Source: Thermodesulfobacteriota bacterium (GTDB lineage Bacteria; Desulfobacterota_D; UBA1144; Nemesobacterales; UBA2774). From it: DNA of 64,000 nt. Shown piece after piece: positions 29,153 through 38,913 of the stretch. The translations under genes and the position numbers were made by a program. Under the pieces are notes generated by a model that was not told the DNA's origin, searched no databases, and saw only the letters and a program-made list of their open reading frames with translations. Where the stretch lies: NCBI GenBank assembly GCA_965216785.1, contig OZ244197.1, positions 2,784,001-2,848,000 on the forward strand, in the 5' to 3' direction. The first letter of the stretch is position 1; each line of letters begins with the position of its first letter.

Positions 29153-29977
29153 TTAAGCTGCCGCTTTTCTTCTGCGCAGGGCAAAGAAACTGATAATCCC
29201 TAAAACGCCCGCGGTAGCTATAAGTCCCCATTCGCTCATTGTCGGTATGACCTTAGGGGCCATCCTTAAAGATATGGCACAAAATTTAAGCGCAATAGTA
29301 TCACCAATTCTAGGAAACGCCGGGAATTGGAAAGTACCTGCCGTGTCTTGAAATTCACTTATTCCAGTAAGTGCTAATCCAGGGCCTACTTCTACTAATT
29401 CAGTGAAACCGTCACTAAAAGGATCGGCTGATAATGCGCCTGATTGATTGCCGCCTGAGATTAAAAGTATTTGGACAAGCTGTGAGCCCGCTTCAAATTG
29501 CACAGGATCCGTGACGTACATCTGGCTCAAAGGATCAAATTCGGAGCAGGCGGAATCGATGATGGGATTGTCCTTGTCAACATTATTGTATCTGAAGCTT
29601 CCCGCCGCAAAAGCTGATGAATTGTCGGTATCCCAACTGCAGGTAATATCATCTGAACCCGAAGAGTCTGTGAAGCGGCTCCATATACCAAGCTGACATG
29701 AATCAGGGAAACATGTTTCATTTACAATCTCATTCCACGATCCGGGGCTCGGAGCATTAAACGGGTTAGGGTTACCATCCGCAAAAATACCGCAAGAAAT
29801 CAGCTCGTAATCACCCGGAGCTCCCGATCCGGTCTCAATTACACCTGAGAGTAACCCTCCGTTGAAATCGGCATCTTGAGTCGAGTTAACGTCCTCAATC
29901 AGCACATTTGCCTGAGATACGCTTACCGCTACAAGCGCAATTAAAACAAATACCGGTAAAAGTAATAGTTTTTTCAT
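29153..29977 (-). CDS. IPTL-CTERM sorting-domain surface protein
   Basis: GGAGGG RBS; signal peptide MKKLLLLP...SQA; C-terminal VIPTMSEWGLIATAGVLGIISFFALRRRKAAA. Confidence 0.88.
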   Translation of the reverse strand: MKKLLLLPVFVLIALVAVSVSQANVLIEDVNSTQDADFNGGLLSGVIETGSGAPGDYELISCGIFADGNPNPFNAPSPGSWNEIVNETCFPDSCQLGIWSRFTDSSGSDDITCSWDTDNSSAFAAGSFRYNNVDKDNPIIDSACSEFDPLSQMYVTDPVQFEAGSQLVQILLISGGNQSGALSADPFSDGFTELVEVGPGLALTGISEFQDTAGTFQFPAFPRIGDTIALKFCAISLRMAPKVIPTMSEWGLIATAGVLGIISFFALRRRKAAA

Positions 29978-30143
29978 ACCATCCCTCCATAAATGTTTGC
30001 TGTCAATATTAACACATTTTGGTAAATATCCATACATATTTATTAAGCATGTGAGTAAACGTAGATGTATGTTTGGAATGATACAAGAGTGGGTAAACGT
30101 AATGTAATTCTGTTATTAAGCTACCGGTCTATGGATTTGAAGT

Positions 30144-30220
30144 GGGTGCGCGACCGGACTTGAACCGGCGGCCTCTGGGGCCACAACCCAGTGCTCTAAC
30201 CAGGCTGAGCTACGCGCACC
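30144..30220 (-). tRNA. tRNA-His (GTG)
   Basis: GGTGCGCGTAGCTCAGCCTGGTTAGAGCA-CTGGG-TTGTGGC-CCCAG-AGGCCGCCGGTTCAAGTCCGGTCGCGCACC; G-1 and C73 present. Confidence 0.95.
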
Positions 30221-30435
30221 ACAAATTTGGAATTAATTATTACGGACTGAGAATATTACCACAAAGCTAACGGGAGACAAATATACTCAACCCCTCACCT
30301 TATAAATATACCGATTATCTTAAGATTAAACTTGCTATTTAAATAATCCGAGTAAAATAATAGGTAATCCAGTTATGCGACTTGGCACCGCATAGAGGAC
30401 AGATAACAGAATCGATTGCTCAGCCAAAGGTTAAA

Positions 30436-30930
30436 ATGAACAAGGCTCTCTTGGTGCTGGTAATATTGATAGGAGTTATGCTCGGCCTCGGAGGTTTTAC
30501 TTTTTACTACGGGGAAGGCCATTCCTATTTAAGTAAAAACCCAGAAGCTTGCCTTAACTGCCACATCATGAGACCTCAGTTCGATTCCTGGCAGAAAGCG
30601 AGCCACCACACAGCGGCAACCTGCGTTCAGTGCCATCTGCCTCAAAGCTCTGCATACAAGTATATATCTAAAGCCGAGAACGGCTTTAATCACTCAAAGG
30701 CTTTTACGCTTCAGAATTTTGACGAGCCGATAAAAATTACTGAAAAAAACAGCCGTATACTGCAGCAAAACTGCGTATATTGCCATAGCGCTATCACAGA
30801 AAATCTTACACACGGGAGCACTACAAACGCCGATGGCCTTAGCTGTGTTCATTGCCACAGGACGGTAGGGCATGGAGAACCATTGGGTCTGGGCGGCCCC
30901 CTGCGAAAGGAAGAGAAAGGAGGAATATAA
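30436..30930 (+). CDS. nrfH: Cytochrome c nitrite reductase small subunit NrfH
   Basis: N-terminal TM helix; four heme motifs CLNCHIM, CVQCH, CVYCH, CVHCH; directly upstream of nrfA. Confidence 0.92.
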   Translation: MNKALLVLVILIGVMLGLGGFTFYYGEGHSYLSKNPEACLNCHIMRPQFDSWQKASHHTAATCVQCHLPQSSAYKYISKAENGFNHSKAFTLQNFDEPIKITEKNSRILQQNCVYCHSAITENLTHGSTTNADGLSCVHCHRTVGHGEPLGLGGPLRKEEKGGI

Positions 30931-30931
30931 A

Positions 30932-32374
30932 ATGAGCGGAGCTTCGTCAATACTTAAATCCAAAACAGGGATAGTGGTTATTGTAATAATTGTTGCGGCT
31001 ATTAGTGCTGTCATAACCGCGCTGCTGGTAAACATAATTCAAAGAAAGGCGGAGAGTAAAAACGGTTATGTAAGGCTCGTTGAAGTCACCGAGGACGATA
31101 CTGATCCTGAGAAATGGAAGACTAACTGGCCCAAGCAGTACGACTTGTATAAGAAAACCTCAATTGCAACGCGCACACGGTTCGGCGGTCACGGAGGTAG
31201 CGAGGCACTCCCCGAGCAGAAGATCGAGAGGGACCCATGGCTAAAGCGTATGTTCAAGGGCTACGCGTTCTCGATAGACTACCGTGACAGACGCGGTCAT
31301 GCCTATATGCTGGAAGACCAGGAGAACACAGAGCGTCAGTCGAAACCACAGACGGGATCATGTCTTCACTGCCACGCATCGATAATGCCTCTTTACAGAG
31401 AGCTTGGAAACGGCGATGCCGACGCGGGGTTTGAAGAGTCATATAAATACTCATACGCAGACCTTAATCAAATGTTAAAAGACTCGGGGAACAACCACCC
31501 AGTATCGTGTGTAGACTGCCACGACCCTGAATCGATGGAGATTCGTGTTACCAGACCCGGATTTATCCAGGGTATTCAGGCACTTGCGGAATCTGACGCG
31601 CCGACGCCTCATCTGCCCTCGATCGAGCAATGGAGAGAGGGACCGAGGTCGGCTCCTTACGACCCTAACGTAGACGCAACGCGCACTGAGATGCGCTCTT
31701 ACGCATGCGCGCAGTGCCACGTGGAGTATTACTGCGCGGGCAATATGAAGCTGACCTTCCCGTGGGGTAAAGGGCTCAAAGCAGAGGAAGTGGAAGAATT
31801 TTGGGACGATATAACGTTTAGTGACGGGCAGCAGTTCTTTGACTACACGCACAAAGAGAGCGGTGCAAAGATACTTAAAGCGCAGCACCCTGAGTTTGAG
31901 CTCTGGAGCCAGGGCATCCATGCCCGAAGCGGGGTATCATGTGCCGACTGTCATATGCCTTATATGAGGGACGGCGCAAGCAAGGTATCGGACCACTGGG
32001 TACGTAGCCCGCTGTTGAACGTGAACCGTGCCTGCCAGACATGTCACCGCTTTTCAGAGGAGGAAATCAAAGAGCGTGTGGACGGCATACAGCAGCGCAA
32101 CTTCGACCTCCTTCAGCGAGCGGGAGCCGCGCTTATGGAGCAGCTGGACGCCATAAATCAGGCAAGGGCAGAAGGCGCCACTGATGAGGACCTGAAAGAA
32201 GCCCTCGAGCTTCAGCGAAAAGCGCAGTGGCGGCTAGATTTTATTGCCGCAGAGAACTCAATGGGCTTTCACGCTCCGCAGGAAGCGGCCCGTGTGCTTG
32301 GCGAGGCTATTGATTACGCGTGGCAGGGGACTGTAGCTGCTTCGACTTGGCAGGATAAAACAGCACAGCAGTAA
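30932..32374 (+). CDS. nrfA: Ammonia-forming cytochrome c nitrite reductase NrfA (heme-1 CXXCH variant)
   Basis: [14 protein letters not shown]; five hemes [32 protein letters not shown]; KAQHPEFE; [10 protein letters not shown]. Confidence 0.93.
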   Translation: MSGASSILKSKTGIVVIVIIVAAISAVITALLVNIIQRKAESKNGYVRLVEVTEDDTDPEKWKTNWPKQYDLYKKTSIATRTRFGGHGGSEALPEQKIERDPWLKRMFKGYAFSIDYRDRRGHAYMLEDQENTERQSKPQTGSCLHCHASIMPLYRELGNGDADAGFEESYKYSYADLNQMLKDSGNNHPVSCVDCHDPESMEIRVTRPGFIQGIQALAESDAPTPHLPSIEQWREGPRSAPYDPNVDATRTEMRSYACAQCHVEYYCAGNMKLTFPWGKGLKAEEVEEFWDDITFSDGQQFFDYTHKESGAKILKAQHPEFELWSQGIHARSGVSCADCHMPYMRDGASKVSDHWVRSPLLNVNRACQTCHRFSEEEIKERVDGIQQRNFDLLQRAGAALMEQLDAINQARAEGATDEDLKEALELQRKAQWRLDFIAAENSMGFHAPQEAARVLGEAIDYAWQGTVAASTWQDKTAQQ

Positions 32375-32436
32375 GCACAGTACATTTTCTGGAGTGCCGT
32401 TCATATCCGCCGCCTTGATGAGTCTGGATAGTAAAG

Positions 32437-32838
32437 TTAGTTGTGGTTCTTCTCAATAATCCGATGATGATAAACGGATGGGATGTCCCATGCTTCAGCA
32501 ATTTTACCTTCGATAATCCGCCAGACAACAACGACATCAAATTCTATTGTATTGCCTTCTATAGTTATGCGGTTACAGGTCTGGGTTACGACCAGTTCGT
32601 CTCCAACAGCGCGAGCATCGATCACGGATACGTAAAAACTATCATTACTCATCTCAGCCAGCTTTGCGAAGAAATCCTTAAGCTCCTCAAGACCGTTATA
32701 GTCTCCTTGCAGATCAGGAAGCATAGGATTGAAATAGTGCCAAATAAAATTGTCCGCAAAAATGTCAGCACATGCATCCAGATCCCGGATATCGATTTTC
32801 TCTAGAATTGAGATATTTGATTTTATTGAATCAGTCAT
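32437..32838 (-). CDS. SnoaL/NTF2-like protein
   Basis: FADNFIWH, GDYNG, VWRIIEGKIAEAWD. Confidence 0.82.
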   Translation of the reverse strand: MTDSIKSNISILEKIDIRDLDACADIFADNFIWHYFNPMLPDLQGDYNGLEELKDFFAKLAEMSNDSFYVSVIDARAVGDELVVTQTCNRITIEGNTIEFDVVVVWRIIEGKIAEAWDIPSVYHHRIIEKNHN

Positions 32839-32987
32839 TTTTGCTTCTTACAATTGTCCAAAAATTTGTTATTCATAATCCAAGAATGAACCCTTGAAAC
32901 AAACAGTTCCGGGCTTTATTCTGACCATTCATGCTAAAGCTCAGGCACAATCCGCGCTTCACCATTTGGCAGATGTTGTTCTAGCAT
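32835..32987 (-). pseudogene. Decayed C-terminus of a probable alpha/beta hydrolase
   Basis: MLEQHLPNGEARIVPEL*HEWSE*SPELFVSRVHSWI...KQK*; two in-frame stops; final TGA overlaps the ATG of the SnoaL gene. Confidence 0.5.
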
Positions 32988-33075
32988 ACCACATATTAAA
33001 TTTATGCTATAAGAGTGTGGAATGTTCCTATTAAAACCCGGGAAACAGATGACGGGGTAAAAGAAAAATTCACTA

Positions 33076-33504
33076 CTAATCTTCGATGTTATCGTGAAGG
33101 TACCTGATGAGGTCTGTCGTGGTGACTATACCAGAGAGATCGCCCTTATGATCAACAACGATAATCGAATGGAATGAGCTATCGCTGAGCAGTCTTGCTA
33201 CATCCTTAACAGTCGCTGTTTCCTCATCAAGTATCACAAGGTTTGTGGTCATGACTTCGGAGAGCTTATACGTATTGTCCAGCAGTACGTCTAGCATTCT
33301 CTGATCAGTTGAGTCTACGTTGAATATGAGCTTGAAAACATCCTGGCTCGATAGTATGCCTACGGGTTTTGACCCTCTTAATACGGGGACGTGGTGGATG
33401 GAGTTTTCTCTGAATATCGCGGTTACGTCACTAAGGTTCTGGTTTTCGTGAACACTAATTACTTCTGAGCTTGAGATTTCCTTTATGCTTTTGTTTTCTA
33501 TCAT
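33076..33504 (-). CDS. CBS domain protein
   Basis: IHHVPV..GILSSQD and FHSIIVVD..GIVTTTDL CBS pair; GGGGGA RBS. Confidence 0.88.
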   Translation of the reverse strand: MIENKSIKEISSSEVISVHENQNLSDVTAIFRENSIHHVPVLRGSKPVGILSSQDVFKLIFNVDSTDQRMLDVLLDNTYKLSEVMTTNLVILDEETATVKDVARLLSDSSFHSIIVVDHKGDLSGIVTTTDLIRYLHDNIED

Positions 33505-33618
33505 GTTGAATTCCCCCATTTTGAAATTGGACAACCGGAGTATACCTAATTGTAGAGGCTAGTAAATATATTACGGACCAGAAATTGGCTTGGAGAGGAT
33601 AATCTTTTTAAATTGAAT

Positions 33619-33664
33619 GCGCGCCCGGAGGGATTCGAACCCCCGACCTACGGATTAGAAGTCC
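33619..33664 (-). repeat. att direct repeat: 3' half of tRNA-Arg(TCT)
   Basis: 46 bp identical to 45285-45330 (gcgcgcccggagggattcgaacccccgacctacggattagaagtcc). Confidence 0.95.
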
Positions 33665-33789
33665 TATTTAGGCTAAAATGGCAAGTTACTGATATCAATG
33701 AAAATTGGGTTAAGTTGTTGAATTTCATGGGTAATTTTCCGATACATGAAGTTACATAGGGTTCATGAAAAACTGATAATTCCGGATGG

Positions 33790-33811
33790 TTCTTTGGCTA
33801 TTCTTTGGTAA
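33790..33811 (+). promoter_or_regulatory. Putative integrase arm-type binding sites (left)
   Basis: Tandem TTCTTTGGCTA-TTCTTTGGTAA with an 11-bp period; matches the pair at 45207-45228. Confidence 0.6.
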
Positions 33812-33883
33812 AAAGAAAGGGGCCTTTGAGACAAGGTGTGAGCTCTATGAATTCACATCCTTTGAGTTGTTCTGGACATTTAA

Positions 33884-35395
33884 TCATTCCCTAACCTTTT
33901 TTAAAGAGTATAAAATTACACGTGTGTTTCTACTAACCTCAAATTCTCTTTCCTCCGTTATGCGGTAAAGGCTATTCTTATGTTGATATGAGGATTTCTG
34001 GCGGTTAACAAAATTCTTTTCGCCCAGAACGACCCAAAAATGATCAATATTCTCGAGTGCGCAATATTTAAACAGCATTGAAGGGTCTATTTTATGTTTA
34101 GGAAGTTTGCAGTATTTAAAATTTCCTCTATTGTAAAAATTAAAGCTGGGAAGGTTTAAAAAAGAGATTAGCACAATAGAGGTTTTGCCATAATCTTTTT
34201 CCTTGATATATGAGCCTACTTCTCTCCAATCTTTCCTGGATGGTTTTGTATGGTGAGTGTATAAACCGGATGAAATCAATATTAAGAATGCAATTAGAAT
34301 TATACCGAGAGGCACAACTTTATTTAGTTTTGTTAAAATCAGCGCCGTCAAAATATAAAATGCCGGAGCTGAGCATATTAAATACCGATCAAGGTACATA
34401 GGCTTTATAACCTCCGACATTATCAGAACTAATAGTATTGGAACAAACAGCCAAAGCACTACAAGCAAAGTCTCGCTTTTAATTTTCCAGATCGTCTTAT
34501 ATCCCGAGAAAAATTGTTTAAGCGATTTTAACCATTTCTTTTTCCCGGTAAATAATATGTAGGTTAGTGTTCCTATCAATAAAAATAGGACAGCAATGTA
34601 AAAAGTTGTAGAATCATGAGCTCCGAACGCCGGACTCATAAACCTTTTGATTGTGTTAATCGGTGCCCACGGCCCGGGAGAAGGTATCCAGTTTGGACCG
34701 CCTCCACCGATAGCTTTATTGCTGAAAGAATATATAAACCTTGGGGCAATACCGAGTAATATGATGAACTGACTAAAAACCCATTTAAGAATGATTGGTC
34801 TAAGCGATTTAATTTTGATTAGTACGTATAGATTTTGTGCGGCGATGATGAAAACGCCGAAGTCGTGGCTATAATAGAGCAGGATTGTTGATAATATATA
34901 CAGCGCGGCATAAAAATATGATTTTGAGCGTAAAAACTGGATATAGAAATAAAATGAGACCAGTGTCAGAAATTCAAAAAGACTGTAATATCTAAGCTCC
35001 TGGGAAAAGTGAATTTGGAACACAGACACGGACATAAAAAATGCGCTAATCACCCCGATCTTTCTGTCAAATAAAGTCTTTCCTACAATATAGATCAATA
35101 CAATCGAAAATACTCCGAAAATGACTGATAAAGAACGGGCCGCGACTTCAGAATACCCGAAATTCCCGATCCAGAAGTGCGCAAGAACTAGGTAAAGCGG
35201 GGGTCTCTTACCTGTTAGTATTGAGCTTAAACTTTCATGCGCGACCTCAAGCGTGATAATCTCATCGTACCAGTAAAACTGCTCGCTAAGCCCATGTACT
35301 CTCAAGAAAGTGCCGACAAGCAAAACAAAAAAGAGAAGATAAAAGATCTTACCATTGCTCTTAAAAAAAGAAGCTGTAGCGTTAATAAGTTTCAA
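33884..35395 (-). CDS. GT-C membrane glycosyltransferase (PMT/ArnT, GT39/GT83-like)
   Basis: FLRVHGL..WYDE, PPLY, ARSLSVIFG, FSQELRYYSL, RYLI; polytopic membrane protein. Confidence 0.85.
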   Translation of the reverse strand: MKLINATASFFKSNGKIFYLLFFVLLVGTFLRVHGLSEQFYWYDEIITLEVAHESLSSILTGKRPPLYLVLAHFWIGNFGYSEVAARSLSVIFGVFSIVLIYIVGKTLFDRKIGVISAFFMSVSVFQIHFSQELRYYSLFEFLTLVSFYFYIQFLRSKSYFYAALYILSTILLYYSHDFGVFIIAAQNLYVLIKIKSLRPIILKWVFSQFIILLGIAPRFIYSFSNKAIGGGGPNWIPSPGPWAPINTIKRFMSPAFGAHDSTTFYIAVLFLLIGTLTYILFTGKKKWLKSLKQFFSGYKTIWKIKSETLLVVLWLFVPILLVLIMSEVIKPMYLDRYLICSAPAFYILTALILTKLNKVVPLGIILIAFLILISSGLYTHHTKPSRKDWREVGSYIKEKDYGKTSIVLISFLNLPSFNFYNRGNFKYCKLPKHKIDPSMLFKYCALENIDHFWVVLGEKNFVNRQKSSYQHKNSLYRITEEREFEVSRNTRVILYSLKKVRE

Positions 35396-36351
35396 GAAGT
35401 CCTCCCGTTTACTATGAGAGCTCTCGCCTCGAATAACCCGCCCAGAAGACCGGGGACGATCCGTGTTACAGCAAACACTAGTATTGAGTAAGCAAACGCA
35501 CTGCTATCGCTAACGCCGAAAGTGCCCAGGAGAATTATAAATGAAGCCTCTCTTAAGCCCATGCCGGATATTGATATAGGGATCATCGTTACGAGTACCA
35601 CAAGGGACCTGATCCAGGCAATTGTTATAATCGATATATCAATGTCGATCGACTTTAGCAGAAGAAAAAATACAACTACGTTAATTAGCTGTGAAGCAAG
35701 CGAAATTTCGATCATAAATAAAAGAGTTTTATAAGATAGCTTTCCAAGACCTGATAAGCTGTCAGCGAATCTATTCAATTTTTGAGATTCATATACGCTA
35801 TTCACTAAACTCAATAACCATTTTATGATCCTTTGATTTCTGTCTATGAATAAGAGTAAACAAAAACATGTAAGGCTGATTAAGATAAAAATCATGAACA
35901 GAACGTATATGCTTAAATCTTTAGGAAAACTGAGTATCCAGAAAAATAGGCCTACAAGACACAGGGCCACAGTCGCAAATACTCTTTCCAGAGCGAGGGA
36001 AATGAACGCTTCTGAGAGTTTATTGTCTTTTCTCGACAACTTGTAAAACTTAATAATTCCTCCCGTCACGTTCCCGCCGGGCAGAAAAAGTCCGTAAAAA
36101 ATTGTGCTTAGATTAATCTCAAACGCTTGAAATGTTGATATGTAGAGTCCATTCAGGGCTGAGAAGTATTTTAGCCTGTAAGAAGTTACAGCCCAAGCTA
36201 GAAGAGTAAAAATGACAGCTGGAATCACATAATGTAGTTTGGCGGTTATGAGGGAGTTAAGGACATCCTGAATGTTGATTTTAGTGAAGAGGAATACTAT
36301 TATTGCTATAGCAACTGTAAACCTTAGGATAGTCCAGATTCTCTTGCTCAT
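35392..36351 (-). CDS. Flippase-like membrane protein (lysylphosphatidylglycerol synthase TM/UPF0104)
   Basis: LFLPGGNVTGG, LERVF, MIPISISGMGLREASF. Confidence 0.85.
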   Translation of the reverse strand: MSKRIWTILRFTVAIAIIVFLFTKINIQDVLNSLITAKLHYVIPAVIFTLLAWAVTSYRLKYFSALNGLYISTFQAFEINLSTIFYGLFLPGGNVTGGIIKFYKLSRKDNKLSEAFISLALERVFATVALCLVGLFFWILSFPKDLSIYVLFMIFILISLTCFCLLLFIDRNQRIIKWLLSLVNSVYESQKLNRFADSLSGLGKLSYKTLLFMIEISLASQLINVVVFFLLLKSIDIDISIITIAWIRSLVVLVTMIPISISGMGLREASFIILLGTFGVSDSSAFAYSILVFAVTRIVPGLLGGLFEARALIVNGRTS

Positions 36352-36440
36352 TGAATATCATGCTGCCTTATGAGTACTTTGTACTGAAAACAATCAGCTT
36401 CATGGTTCACACAGTCTAACCCTGAAAACTTCTTTATCTG

Positions 36441-37655
36441 TTATAGATGAAAAGCCTTGGTTCCTTTTAGAGCGCCAGATTGATCATATCCGAGAAGATT
36501 TAAGATTGAGGGTACGATATCTATGGTTTGAATTTCTTCACTATAGGCATTGTATTTATCATTCAAAATAATAAAAGTGCCCTTCTCACTGTCATTATGT
36601 GGCAGGTAACCGTGGTTCCCCCTATGTGCTGGGTTGAATAACCTGCTCCTTGCCTGTTCATTTGTAAGACCTAGATAAAAATTCCCAATCGGATGGTAAA
36701 AATCATTAGGAAAAAAGATAGTGCCGGGGTTTAAGACGTAGTAGTATTCACCGAAGCGGTCATCTTCAAATTTGATATTGAATTTTTCCATATCTTGCCG
36801 GCTTAGTAAGTTTCCATCTTTATTTTTCGAGAGATAATCGAGCATCTTTTCCTTTGCACTATCCGAATGAAACCAGAACCTGGCTTTAGGTGCTTCTATG
36901 TAATATGTAATCTCCGTATCTTTAATTCCCATTTCTTGAATTTTTTGTTTTATATTAACCGTATTTTTCACCTGCTCCATACCATGCTCGGACAAGATCA
37001 TTAAAGTTATCCCGTTTTTGTCACATTCTGAATGCAGAAATTTAATATAGCTATCAATCTTATTGTGTGAATCGATCATTATTTGCTTATCGTTAACGTA
37101 CCAGTGTGAGATTGTATCGATTGCATGAGTCTCAATTAACTCAAATCTAAGGTCTTTGTTAAATAACTCCGGGCTTATCTTGTCTAATTTGCGAAGCTCT
37201 CGATTGTATATATAACTGCTATGTCTTTGTCCGATCATGTTAAATAAAGTGTCATGTCCGCTTAGTGTGAGATAGTTGTTTAGAACTTTCTTATCATATC
37301 TAGTCTTGAGGATTTCGAAGCGCTTACGTCTCCAATAGGGAACGGCAGCCAAATTATATGATCCTGTAAGCATATGAATGAAGCATTGAGTGGTTGTAGT
37401 TACAATATCGGGCATGTAGTCAATCGAGGAGTTTGAGTGAGAAATGTCATTTGACTTTAACCGAACCTGACAAATGCCATGTTCGTGAGGATAAAGTCCG
37501 GTAAGAATAGTAGGGTCAAGGTCAACTTCGGGAAAGTTGGTAATCCTGGTCCAAGGGAATTCTTCCATTAGGCTGTATAAATATGGAGTATGTTCATCAT
37601 CAATTCTTCTGTGGTCCAGCGCGCTAACAAAGAAAACCATTAATTTGTCTATCAT
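36441..37655 (-). CDS. Alkaline phosphatase superfamily (NPP/phosphodiesterase-like) protein, paralogue 3
   Basis: TILTGLYPHEHGI, IDTISHW, ILSEHGM, RGNHGY, DIVPSILNLLG; 404 aa. Confidence 0.82.
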   Translation of the reverse strand: MIDKLMVFFVSALDHRRIDDEHTPYLYSLMEEFPWTRITNFPEVDLDPTILTGLYPHEHGICQVRLKSNDISHSNSSIDYMPDIVTTTTQCFIHMLTGSYNLAAVPYWRRKRFEILKTRYDKKVLNNYLTLSGHDTLFNMIGQRHSSYIYNRELRKLDKISPELFNKDLRFELIETHAIDTISHWYVNDKQIMIDSHNKIDSYIKFLHSECDKNGITLMILSEHGMEQVKNTVNIKQKIQEMGIKDTEITYYIEAPKARFWFHSDSAKEKMLDYLSKNKDGNLLSRQDMEKFNIKFEDDRFGEYYYVLNPGTIFFPNDFYHPIGNFYLGLTNEQARSRLFNPAHRGNHGYLPHNDSEKGTFIILNDKYNAYSEEIQTIDIVPSILNLLGYDQSGALKGTKAFHL

Positions 37656-37677
37656 TCTATATCTCCATCAAAAACCG

Positions 37678-38892
37678 CTAAAAATCAAAAGCGCTTTTAC
37701 CCTTTAATGGCTCGGGTTTATTGTAGCCTAATAAGTTAAGAATTGTTGGAGCAAAATCTATAGTTTCAATTTCTTTTTCACTCGTTTTATAACTGTTATC
37801 AAGAAGAATAAGGAACCCTTTTTCACATTCATTATAGGGCATATAGCCGTGGTATCCCCTGTATAGAGGGCTGCGGAACCTGCTCCTCTGCTGTTTTTCT
37901 GTTAGTCCCAGGTATAGGTTTGCTATGGGATGGTAATAATCATTCGGGAAAAAGATATTCCCCGGGTTTAATACAAAATAGTATTCACCGAAACTGCCGT
38001 CCTCGAATTTAATATTGTATTCATGCATGTCTCGATAGCTTAGCAGCACTCCATCAGGATTATTAGAGAGATAATCGAGCATCTTCTCCTTTGCGCTGCC
38101 CGAATGAAACCAGAATCTCGCCTTAGGGGCTTCAACAAAGTAAGTCATTTCGTTGTTTCTAATTCCCATCTCATGAATTTTTTGTTTTATATTGACTGTG
38201 TTTTTCACAACCTCCATGCCATGATCGGCTAAGATCATCAGTGTTACGCCTCTTCTTTCGCTTTCGGAATGCAGGAATTCAATATAACTGTCCACCTTTT
38301 TATACGAATCGATCATGAGTTGCTGATTATCCATAAACCAGTGCTCCGTTCTATCGAGACCATAGTCCTCGAATAACTCAAATCTAAGATCGCTACTAAA
38401 TGAGCTAGGTACTATTTGATCGAGTTTATCCAGCTCTGGATTGAAAATGAAATTACAATTACCTTCTCCTAGTATGTTAAAGATAGTGTCGTAACCGTTT
38501 ATTTTAAGATACGTCCTAACTTCTTTTTTAAGGTATCTTGTCTTAAATATTTCAAAGCGCTTACGTCTCCAGTATGGAACCGCAGCCAAATTATATGATC
38601 CTGTAAGCATATGAATGAAGCATTGAGTTGTAGTCGTAACTATGTCGGGCAAGTAATCAAAAGCGGATTTTGTAATTAAATTTTCTTTTGACTTCAAACG
38701 AACCTGCCAAATTCCATGCTCGTCTGGATAACGACCGGTCAATAAAGTCGGGATAAGATCTGATTCGGGAATGTTATTAATTTTGGTCCAAGGATATTTC
38801 TCCATTATGCTGTATAAATAAGGAGTATGGTGTTGATTGACTCTTCTCAGATCAAGTGAACTTCCAAAGAAAATCAATAATTTTTCTATCAT
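37678..38892 (-). CDS. Alkaline phosphatase superfamily protein, paralogue 2
   Basis: TLLTGRYPDEHGIW, LDRTEHW, ILADHGM, RGYHGY, DFAPTILNLLG; 404 aa. Confidence 0.82.
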   Translation of the reverse strand: MIEKLLIFFGSSLDLRRVNQHHTPYLYSIMEKYPWTKINNIPESDLIPTLLTGRYPDEHGIWQVRLKSKENLITKSAFDYLPDIVTTTTQCFIHMLTGSYNLAAVPYWRRKRFEIFKTRYLKKEVRTYLKINGYDTIFNILGEGNCNFIFNPELDKLDQIVPSSFSSDLRFELFEDYGLDRTEHWFMDNQQLMIDSYKKVDSYIEFLHSESERRGVTLMILADHGMEVVKNTVNIKQKIHEMGIRNNEMTYFVEAPKARFWFHSGSAKEKMLDYLSNNPDGVLLSYRDMHEYNIKFEDGSFGEYYFVLNPGNIFFPNDYYHPIANLYLGLTEKQQRSRFRSPLYRGYHGYMPYNECEKGFLILLDNSYKTSEKEIETIDFAPTILNLLGYNKPEPLKGKSAFDF

Positions 38893-38913
38893 TCGTAGTA
38901 CCAGTCAATAAAA

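Noticed and set aside
30317-30326. ATCTTAAGAT palindrome as an FNR/NsrR site upstream of nrfH
   Set aside because: It is short, lies in AT-rich DNA and does not match those consensus sequences.
33619-33664. Second tRNA-Arg gene
   Set aside because: Only the 3' half is present, with no D arm or 5' acceptor strand, so it is the att duplication.
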